Origin: Botryllus schlosseri
Lineage: Eukaryota
Assembly: GCA_051294905.1 (NCBI GenBank)
Contig: CM119373.1
Coordinates: forward strand, 2,048,001-2,112,000
Direction of reading: 5' to 3'
DNA: 64,000 nucleotides
Shown: piece after piece, positions 50,077 through 61,747 of the stretch
Position numbering within the stretch: position 1 is the stretch's first letter
Layout: each line of letters begins with the position of its first letter
Translations under genes and position numbers: made by a program
The notes under the pieces: model-generated
What the model was told of the DNA's origin: nothing
The model's input: only the letters and a program-made list of their open reading frames with translations
The model's database searches: none

Positions 50077-53000
50077 TATTTACGGTGACCGATTCTTTAA
50101 TCATTTATTACAATTGTGCCCACCGTAAATACTATTTTATGCAAATCCAAATTTGTCGACATCAATCACTACGCTACGGCTGGTTTGAATGGAGCCAAAT
50201 TTGGTGGACATCGTTTCTATCGACAACCTTACAATTTCATGGGTGAACAGAAAATTTTGAATTTTTTTTTATTAATTTTTATATAATAAATAAAAAAACT
50301 TTCTTCTCCTGTAGCAATGCGGCTACTGGTTGGAATTGAACCAAATTTGGTGTGTAGGCTTCAATTCGGTAATCTAACAATTGTATCAAGTAGCCAGTAG
50401 AATTTGAAAGAAAAAGTCATTTTTGAACACCCCTACTGTACAGTGTACAGACATTTGCTATTCCCATGCGCATAAGATGAACTATGATTTGATATTAACG
50501 GGTGTGAGTATACACCATGGCACAAGAGACCTGAACGTACCTCATACTTATACCGCGGTATAAATCGAGTGCAATATTTTAATCCAAATTTTGCATGCAC
50601 GTAGGATATATGACCTCGATCTCATTATGACTCAGGTTTTGTTTTCATGTACCACCCTTTTCGGCCCCTTAGGTGCAAATACACACTATTTTCGCTAAAA
50701 GTGCACTCGAATAAAATATGCATGTTACGCATAAAACGCGTAGTATATTATGCCCATTAGAAATCGGTGTCTACTCTACAAGTTGTAAACCCAAATGTAC
50801 GAACGGGCAGTGCATTCATCGATTCGATATCTCTAAAATTCCATTGTGAGTCAACAAACCTGACTAAAATACGAGGTCACTGCAAATTGGTCGATTGTCG
50901 CTTCATTGCGAAACATTCATTATTTTCAATGAAACATTCTTTCTTTGACGATATAATCAGTGTTTTTCCAAATCGTAACGACCGTAAAAGCATTTCAGCA
51001 CTATTACACGCGGCATTTTTCATTTCATCGCCAATATCCACTAATTGCATATTAATATGAAATTCGCTAAAATATTCATTTATGCGAATGAGAATCTAGA
51101 GTTAGTGATCATTATGCAAAGGTGAATTGCAAAATATGGTCGGAAGTTTCATCGCCCTTATTCTTGAATAGGCAACACAACTGTGAGAAGTCCATCCGTC
51201 TGAAGTATAATTATGCGGTCGTTTTCACAATAAAATATTTTAAATTGATAATAATACAAACATCAAGTCAAGTGTTTAGATGTGCAAATCTGAATTTATT
51301 AGCTATGAAAATTGTGTAACCGAAAATATATAAAAAGGAACGATATTTATCATGTTCCCAGCTATATTCGGATGAACTCTCGCAACTTTCGTATCTGATA
51401 TCTTAAATTGGCTCATTAAACAAACGCTCTGTACGAATTCACATTCATATGACGATAATCAACATATGCGACTCGTAGCTTACATTGTCGTAAACTTGCT
51501 TACCTCAACTAGCCCTCTTGTATATAATATAAATCAAACGAATATCGTTCATACGTTTATAATTGTATATCGTTGATAAGTAGGTGGGTAGGGTATTGAA
51601 CTATATCAATTTTAAACATTCTGAGGTTTCGTTTGTTGTCCTCTATTTGGCTGATATTTAAAGACTGGCTACATCGCCATACTTGCGTAGTTGAGCAGTT
51701 CTGCGTATGCGTGAGCGATACAGCGCCTCTTCATTCCATTACTCCTCGCCACTTAATCCGCGTAAGCCGTGACTTGCGCAAAGTCCAGAAGTGGGCCGTG
51801 CTATAAGTCGGCAGTTGACGAATAAATATGAAGAATATTGGCCTGGTGTGAATGGCCGTAGTAGTTGACAAACACCATGAATATCTCAAAACAAACAAAC
51901 AAACTATTTATTCGTTCGTCGATTCCGAATAAATGGATACTTCATCTGTATTTAAAACAGTTAGCAAAATGTAATGACTTTGAATCATGTCCAGTACGTT
52001 GAAATTTCAACTTGACTTGACTTGACTTGACTTGACTTGACTTGACTTGACCCGAGTCACCTTTGAAAATCAAGTGACTTGACTTGACTCGAGTCAAAAT
52101 GAATTGGCAACAAAACGTTTCCATGAATCTCGACGAAGTCACAAAATCAATGTAAATACAGGCCAATGGCACACAAAGGCAGACAAACGTTTACAGGGGA
52201 TCCAAATATAAATAAGCAGTGGGACAGTATTGAATGCTTACACATCGGAATTGTATACTATATTGTTCCACATAATTCCATCGTTAATAATTCAACGGTA
52301 TGAAGTGTATGCTCGAGCAGTATAGCTAACCCGTCGCTTCCACAATTGCATGTCTTAAATTGATATTTATCCAAACTTCAAGTCAAAAATATGGATGTGC
52401 GAACCTGAATCTAGTAGCTATGAAATTGATCGAATGAACCCTGCAAGATTGATATCTGAAATCGGTTCATCAAACAAACGGTATGTGCGAATTCACAATC
52501 GTAATATAGAGAATCAACATCTGTGACTTTTCAGTGTCTTCTGATGGGAGTGCAATTCTTCAAAAAATATCACAAACCATAACGTATTCTTTATTGCAGT
52601 CTTACCATAGCGGTACCCTATATAAAAAGATTGATGTGGCAATTATACAATTCATTTTTTATGTCGAAACAATAATACACCGTGTCGACCGGCACTGATA
52701 TCTTAATGTCTAATATAATGAAAATCGAAACCACTAAGAATAATATTGTTAAAATTTCGTCTCCACCAGCTTCAGAAACTGCCCATCTTCGACAGTACAC
52801 TACTCCCGGGTTCTTATTATGACGTGGCGGAAATTGCAAAAGCCACCAAATGCGCCGAAGTGTGTGTACCGAACCCAATTCCAACGTCCACGTTTACGGT
52901 TTAATCTCTTGTATTCTTACCAACGCACACTCGGGGTCAACATCCAGTGACGACTAAAAAGAGTGGTGGGATAGCATAGTGGTGTAATCCACTGCTGCAA

Positions 53001-55032
53001 CACCTATGGGTTACTGGTGCGAGTGCGAACAATTTCGACTCTAGAATTCCTAATTAAGCGTTGGAGGTTTAGCTAGGCTCCTCCTCGCCATCTCATACGC
53101 GTAACAGACTTGGACAACTAGATAATTCTAGTTGTCTAATTTCACTAAATTAGAGCGAAATAGCAGTAATCGAATTCTAATCTAATTTATAAAATTTTTC
53201 TATGCTCCAATTCTAATTCTAATTCTGATTCTAATCTAAATTGAGAAACGTTCTTATACTCTAATTATAATTATAATCTAATTTGGAAAAAGCTGTGTAG
53301 ATCTAATTCTAATTCTAATCTAATTTGGAAATAACTGTGTTGATCTAATTCTAATTCTATTCTAATCTGAAAAAAAGCTGTGTAGCTTTATTTCTAATTT
53401 GAATCTAATTTGGAAAAATTGTATAGCTCTAATTATAATTCTAATCTAATTTGGAAAAAGCTGTGTAGATCTAATTCTAATTCTAATCTAATTTGGAAAT
53501 AACTGTATAGCTCTAATTCTAATTCTAATATAATTTGTAAAAGCTTAAAAATTCTTAGTTGTTCAAGTAAGCGGGGTCATATAAAAGCATGAGTGGGCCT
53601 TGCAGCAAGTCAGCAGCTACGGATTTTAAATGAAGCACATTGGCCCGGAGTAAATGACCATAGTATTCGACAAATCCCAAGATTACCTCAAAACAAACAA
53701 ACAAGCGACTAAAAAGGGAGCATAAAAATACGCCAACTTCTATCGTCGTTACTGCCACTGATTTAGCGATCCATAACTGTACTCAACAGGCAAATCATCG
53801 CATTTTTGCCAATTTCATTGTTCGCGAATAAAGTCGTTGCTAGAATATAAACCCTATGATCCGTGATATGTTCTAATGTACTATTATGTATGTATATAAT
53901 GATAGATAATAAAGTATTCAAGTGAAAATACGGACATGTGACAAAATCTTGAAATGAGTTGACTGATGGTCCGGCCTGTGAGAGATTTGAAGGTTTGCAT
54001 CCGACCCGCGTCGCCTTTTCAGATTCACAATCCTGCTCTAAGCTGAATCGCCATGACGAGATAGCATAATGGTATGATCCACGGCTGTAACACCAATTGG
54101 TTGCGGGTTCGATGCTGACCGAGGTCGACTCCAGAATTCCCAGCCAAGTGTTACAGATTTATCTAGGGCTATGCTCCTCTTTATTCACCAGATCAGCGGT
54201 AGTGGTTTCTTAAAAAAGCCTAGAAGTGGATCGTGTTATGAGTGCTCTCAATATTGCAGGCCCTGAGTATCTTCTGCACAGCGATCAATGTATATTTTTA
54301 TAATTGAATGCCTCTTGGCTTTGCATTCAGGACAGTTTGTTTTACATGCAATCGAAATTTAAATCATTGGTAAAACAGAGTATATATTGCACGACATTAA
54401 TATTGCACACATTGTCTATTATAATATTTGAGATTCTATATAGTTGCTGAGTGACGTAAAGACCGAGTGAGTGTCTCACTTCGATTTCCCAAAAGTGTTT
54501 ATGAATACTGGCTGAGTGCCGTAGAAACCCTATAGTACTGTCTTTATTGAGTGATCATTAGTAAATTAGTAATCATAAAAACTGCATAACGGTATGCTTT
54601 AAAGTTGCCAAACACAGTAGACCTGCCGTCTCAGTGGATTCAATCGGACAGATTTACTTGCCGACATCCTGATGGCGACCACTTTTTGAAGGAGGAATAG
54701 ATTGCTATTATTCCAGTTAACAGAATTCAACGTCGAAATCAGCCAACACATATTTTACTCAGAGGACCGAGTTTCCAAATAATGTCAGCCAAATAGCTCA
54801 TAGGTAATTTTACAAATTTCTGTTGTGTTAGAGTGTATTCGATCAAATGAAATCTAGAACATTCTACTCGACTCGAAGATCAATTCTCGTTTCGAAATCG
54901 TATCTTCCGAGCCCTCGATTTCGCCCAGTCACAGTTGCAAGATTATGGTATTTTGAAGTCTACTGACAGTAATTTCGATTTCATTTTCGAAGCATAATAA
55001 AATTCATTTTATCCGATATTTGATCATTTTAG

Positions 55033-55200
55033 TTGCAAAAGCTCGGAATCGTCGACAACTCAATGAAAGAAGATGGATATGAAATACTCGTTCACATTCT
55101 GAAGCTGTCAGATTGCAAGGAATTGGTGCTCGAAGATTGTTGTCTAACCAAGACTAAGTTGCAAGGAGTGTTGAACGGATGTCGGGATCAAAATATCCAG
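55033..55200 (+). CDS. LRR exon copy 4 (168 nt, phase 0-0)
   Basis: tcattttAG|TTGCAA ... ATCCAG|GTGCGT; LQKLGIVDNSMKEDGYEILVHILKLSDCKELVLEDCCLTKTKLQGVLNGCRDQNIQ. Confidence 0.8.
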
Positions 55201-57015
55201 GTGCGTCATCATGAACAATCCGTAATATCCAAGAAGACATGTCATCTTACGATTCGAAATTGTTCGTCATCCTACTTCGCCTCAAATCCATGCAGCACAA
55301 AATCGTTCACCATTTATTCTATCGTTTACCAATACTCGTCGGAGGTAATTCGAATACCGCAGGGGTTTAGTATTTTGCAACACAGATTACTTTGGACATT
55401 TTTAAAATTGTTGACGACGCGACAGCGTAGATATCATCAATATAGGAATATTCATGACATAAATCTAGCCGAAAAGGCCGAAAGGGAGATAAAAATCGTT
55501 TTAGGGTTTGTTGGTGCGGTTCCATTCACCTGTTGTCATGGATTAGAATTTGGGAATTCTAGGGAAATTGTTGGTGGTAGAAATGCGAAAAATAATTTGC
55601 AGCTTTGGTATGGCGTCCCTGATCTACTATGAGGTAATATGCAGAAACGAGCCGATGTTGCATTAAGGATTTCGGGCCGAAAATTGGGCACACTTTCATA
55701 CTTTTACGTTGCCTATAAATTAGGGTGGATAGAGCTATGTCGATTAATGATTGTCAACTTGGGAGGTCAAGAAATAACAGCATGCAACAAAGTGACTGAT
55801 AAAAATTGGCCCACAGCATGATGCACCATTATGCAAAACTTGCCCTCAGTTTTTGAAGACACCCCTTGATCAACTCTACCGGTGAATGCGATCACGGAGG
55901 CTGAAAAAGAATTAATGTTTGATAGGAATATGTGAAACTATCAACAATAATGACGAAATTCATTAGTGAATCTGAAAGTTTTTCGCACTTCGCGCGATCA
56001 TAACCGTTCCCGTGACATGACCAATTGACCACTCGCGATTTCGGTGCCGGTGCGTGTAGTAAGCGAATATGAACTAATAGATAAGTCTGGAGCTCACCGG
56101 AAATGGAGATGGATCTCTTAACATCGGTATTTTGCATCCTGATAGTTCATCGCGACTATGCCATGGAATGTGGCCGCAGGCTACATGATTAATCGTAATG
56201 CAGCCGTGAATAGGAGAAAGGTTTGCAACCACTGGTTCACCCCTTGGAAATGAATTCCAGCTAAGCTTTTCATTCAAGAGAGCTTGATTCTCATGCACTC
56301 AAAATTCAAATATTTCAATTTTCTTTTCATCCCGGTGTTGAAGCATTTACAATTTGCCAGCGACGTCTAAACTAGTTGACAATACGCAACAGTATTTTAA
56401 TAATCTGGAATATGTAGGCTATTGTGCTGCATCCGGAAAATTTCGCGAGCTTTATCTTTCATTACGTGTCGCTATATATCTGGCCGCAAAACCATGTATT
56501 CCATGAAGCTCATTGTAAAATGACAGCATGTAACGAAGTTTATTTAAGCGCTGTTAACGAAACGACCGGCGGACGGTCATATTATCAGTATATATTATAG
56601 GATAATAGCCCACGTTAGAAATCTAACCACCAACGCCGACTGAGTAACGAAAATCAATTTAGTGTTTGATGTTTGACTCAAATGCACTCGGGGGCCAATT
56701 TCCAAATTTTTGACTACCCTGCGGAACACGACGTCAATATGGGTATTCAATGTATGTTCAAGTATGTCGTATTTGACGAGGTGAAATTGTACTATTGGCC
56801 GGAATAGCAGATTGAGATTCCGCAAATATAGTGAACTTATGATTTACTACTTATTTTACCAATTTACGCGTGGCACCAATGAAAACCACATTCACAAATA
56901 TTTGACTAAAATTGTCGTTGTACTAGGCAGGGAGCACGCATCATTTGTCGCAATTATGAGAAATAGGCACCATGGCCGAATCTAGGTTTGGGGTCCCATA
57001 TTGATAAGTGTAGGC

Positions 57016-58569
57016 CAGGGGTAGGCAAACCCCGGCACGCGTGCCATTTGTGCCACGCGAAATGATTTTTCATGGCATGCCAAACGATTTCACGGAAACG
57101 ACATATTCATACCATGTTTTTGCAAAAAGTGAAACAGAAGTTTTCAAAACGTGAAATGCTCGTAGGCGATCCAAAATTATTATTATTATTTCACATTTTA
57201 CAGTGGTGCTTCTCGCCTTTTTCAGGCTATGTGCACCACGACACGAATATTTGTAATGTTCATAAGTCTTTGTCTTTGTGTTAATCTTGGGGACGACTTC
57301 TTCATTCTTTCGCACATCCAGAGGTCAGTCTCTCTCGCACCCATGCGTCCCCGTCGAGGTCTTTGCTGCCGACTTCTAGGACGGCTCACTTTCAATCTGG
57401 GCTTTTTAATGCACTGCAACTGCAGTGAGATCGGCAATGGGTAGCCCAGAGAAATCTCCGACACATAGAGCCTGATGTGTTGATTATGCTGTGGGAACCC
57501 CCAATAAATAGATAAATATATATGTTGTATTTATAAAATGTTTTAAAAATCTATGCACAGTGTACAAAAATGAGTCAACCGTATTAGCAGTTGTGAAAGA
57601 ACATCAACCGAACATCGTTTGAAAACGTTTGGATTCTTTAGTCTAGGAGTGTTATTCACTGTGTAGCCTGCGGGAGTGCAACTACTGAACCGGCATTACG
57701 ACGCTGGGCATCTTCACGCTATAGAATACATGACCTAGATATAGAGTTTCGGACAATATCCGACCATGCGACTAACAGGCGGTCTATGCGTTGCCAAAGT
57801 GATTGGCGGCGATAAAACCTTGAAACAAAATAGCCGCTGCATCATGGACAAAACGTTAGACCTTGATATGTCCACTGGCAAGGCGCCGAAGTGACCAGCG
57901 CCGAATGACCAGCGCCCGCACCTGCAGCTTGAGCCGCACGTATCAAATGAGATCTGCCAAGGAAAATAATCAGCCCCGTGTCCAAATGCGAATCGTGTTC
58001 GTCTCTCGGGCGTAGAGTCTGGTGTGCACGCGATTCAATATCTTGAGCAACGCCAATCCTTACCGCTTGACTGCGACCTTTGCCGACAAATATAGTGTCA
58101 GACCGACCTTAATGTGACGCCAAACCGATTTGAATGAGACTGTGGGGAGGGGGGAAACATTTTTCATCACCATCAGACCATATCATCGTAGCTACACTGA
58201 TTGGCCCGTCATTTATGATTTATTGGATACGGTAACCAACATAGTGGACTTGGAAACTATCCAATCAACCACACAAGATCGATCATTGCCCAATGGCGCG
58301 ACTGAAAATAAATTATGTAAATATCACGTGAGCCTACATATAAGCGATAGGTCGGGTACGGTAGTGTCCAAAATTCAATCCCTTCACGGCCAATCAAGAA
58401 TTGCTGGCGTGACGAATGGCGTTGCCAGGCGTAGAAAAACGGTTGGTGGTGTTCCTCGCTGCTTGAAACGTTAAATATTAATACATTAAATGTTTGGCAC
58501 GCAAGCTGGTAAAAAATCGACATTTTTTGACATTTTGGCACGCTGCACATAAAAGGTTGCCGGCACCTA
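57016..58569. mobile_element. Third copy of hAT element 18116-20108 (no RTE)
   Basis: Same termini and TSD as 38557-40107. Confidence 0.88.
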
Positions 58570-60418
58570 GTATAGGCTATTGGTCATGTCATTGCCCAAG
58601 TCAAAATAGAACAGCGTTGGATTTTACTTCACTGGTGTCACAGCGGTGAGCGTGCCATTGCGGCATTCGCCATCTTTAATCGGCCATAAAGCTACGGATG
58701 AAGGGATCAAAGATGCAACTGGCCGCACATTAAGGGGGCAACAGAATGCTAGATGTTGTTATAACAACTTGCGTCGATAGCAAAATACCATGTCACGAGC
58801 TTATCGTCTATTACGATCCCCTGGTCACGCGAATAATAATTTTTGCCTCCATGGTTATAAACATGTCACGACACTCCGAGTTACTCGGAGTCGACTCGAA
58901 TCATTTTCATCTTGTCACCGAGTCATTCCGATTAATTCAGCGTAAGGTCGCCTCCAACTCCAAGTCACAGATTTCAGTCTCGAATCATATGCGGTTCATG
59001 TTTCATCATCAAGATTAGGCTATTCTATGTAGGCCTAATAGAAGATCTTCCACCGCATAGTAGCGTTTGAATGTGATGCCATATAGCTAACTTGGATCAG
59101 TCGTTTGATGTTTTTTGGTAAATTTAAAGGGAATGATAACTTTTCTAATCTGACAAAAAGAAATTTTGCATTGAGCTGCTTCCAAGTATCGCCTCCTTGG
59201 AAATCCAAAATTTTGACTTAGCCGAGCAAAATGTTCTCGTGGATCGCGTGTTCGGGACCCAGGCTTATATCATTCGGGTTGCCGCTATCAAAAATACTGC
59301 TGGTGTAAATAGAGAAAACAATGACGTTACTGGATTATTGCAAATTAATCGCCTACGAGCAAATTTGCGTGCTTTTTGTGCTATCAAGAAACATCAAGTC
59401 GATCCCAAAAAACTCCCAAAACCCAGCCTATACTAACCGAACCCAAGTCAAACTAATCTCCATGCTAATATGCTTTCATCATTTCTGGCCTTATTCACGA
59501 CACATCGCAGCGTAGATATCTTGACGATTGCGTTCTGCAACAAATTATACCACTGGTCAACAAAATAAAATAAAAATAATTCGGCAGAAAATCTAGGTGC
59601 TGTTATGGGGTTTTCAAGGTTGCCGATGACGAATACTACTTTTGTTTTGCCAGATTGACACGCCCACCAGACTTGAGTCTTTTTTCCGTGTCATTTGCTG
59701 TCATCATTCTGGAGTTCGGCTCTCTCTTCGCCTGAGCTTTTCAATACGCTGTATTTACAGCGGATCGGAGTTGAGGAGCCCAGATAGACCACATATAAAC
59801 ATGGCAGAGCCGATACTTGAACCACCAACCATTGGTGTCCTGACTGCAGTGTTTAACCAACTGCGCCACTCGCTTCCACGTGACATGAATATATCCTTAT
59901 TGTTATGACGCGGTCACATGTTAACGTAGCTTATATAGCGTTACAACTATAGGGTTCGCTCGCATGATTCTAACAATAATGAAGACGTCATAGTTCAGCC
60001 GTAACAAATGATACATGGTGTTCTCTATTCTAACTCTAATCCTTTTAATGATGTCTGTTGATCCATGCGTAACCTGAATAATTCCGACTTTCAGCTGCAT
60101 CGTATTATTCGCACGTTTCCATACCGCTGTTTCACACCTACAGAATAGTCTGCCGTTCACTGTCGCAACAAGAACCACAATTATACACATTTATACATTC
60201 ATTGCATTTATTACTCTGAAATAAAACTATTCACAAAAACACGTACAATCGTATCAATAATCACCAGAATAATTCAGGTATTCATTGGTTGAAAATCCTT
60301 GCGCTCTTTTTGTCAAGAATGCCATAGTAGGATCTTCGCCCACATCTGATGTTTTACACTGTAACTGTTTCCCAGTCACGGAAAATTCATCCGGTTCCAT
60401 GAATTCGATTATCTAAGG

Positions 60419-61747
60419 CAGTGGTTCTCAACCTTTTTTGACACGCGCCCCCCCTTGGAGATGGTCAAAAAAATCGCGCCCCCTGACCCCCCTTGCATTT
60501 ATCGTCATGTCAAAAAGAGCACATCATCTAATACAGAGGTGGGCAACGTTTTTGATAATCATGACTGCATTTAGAGTGCTTATGTAGCGTAAGGCCGCAT
60601 TCCAGGGCATAGCCGCAATGAACGATCTGGACGCAAAATTCCTATGGTAAACTGTCCATACCATTCCCGGTGAACTCCGGACTATTCTACTTTTCACAAT
60701 GGCCTATTGTATGCGCCGAAATCGCGAGTGGCAATGTTATGAATAATTGCCGGGAGGCGCATATTGTCGCGCGGAGCGCGAAAATTTTTCAGGGCCGCGA
60801 ACGAATTGTTATTTCTTGCCATTTCCCATTCCGGCTCAGATTAAGAAGGGCGCTACTGCAATAAAATCGAAAAATGAAGTCGTGTTGAATTGCACGGAGG
60901 GCGAAGAAAATTTCAAAAATTGCGGAAAATGCGGGAGTGAATTCGTAATTGCAATTTTCATGTCTACGGCCGCCAACACATCCTAATTGATCGAATGAGG
61001 CGTCGACGGCCGCTCGAATTCCCTTCTAGGACCGCAGGCTGCCCACCCCTGATCTAATAGTATACATAAGGTATATCTTACGTCAATTTTGAATCTGCAT
61101 TCCAGTTGTTGAGTCTTTTACATTGCTGACAAATTTCTCCAAACTTGTTTGAAAATAACAATAAAACGTTGAACAAGACATCCATTAATTAATTTCAAGG
61201 TAGGTCACCCTGAGACTAATCCTGATGCTGGTAGTGAGTACAGAGAGCAAGGCGTCGTTCTGTCCTGCCAGGCTAAATTTGATCAGTTTTGGAAATTAAT
61301 AAAATTGTGTTGATTTATAGCCTAATCGAGGGCGAAACCGTGCAACCTATGTTGCATCTAAGTCTGCCTTAGGCAGTGCAGTTCACAAGCTACTAACAAC
61401 AGCTGCCCAGCGCGACAAGCTTTAGGCTACTGTCAAAGCTATGAATCAATGAATGACTTACACGTGGGAATTGCTCTCTATATCTCCAAAGAATATCAAA
61501 AATTTGCTCAAATGAAGTTGAAATCAGACTATACTCCGTTGAGCGCGGTTGCTAGAGTTTGTATTTTGCAAGCTTTCCTGAATATGGAATAATTTTCATC
61601 TCCATCAATCGTCTTCTCATAATGGATGTGAAACACATGTTCAGACATGTACAATTTATACTGACCTTGTCAATTTCTCGCGCCCCCCCCCCCCCCCCCT
61701 ATACTGACTTCGTCAATTTCTCGCGCCCCCCAGGTTGAGAACCTCTG
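60419..61747. mobile_element. Third copy of composite hAT MITE 180-1506
   Basis: Same TIRs, TSD and flanks. Confidence 0.92.
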
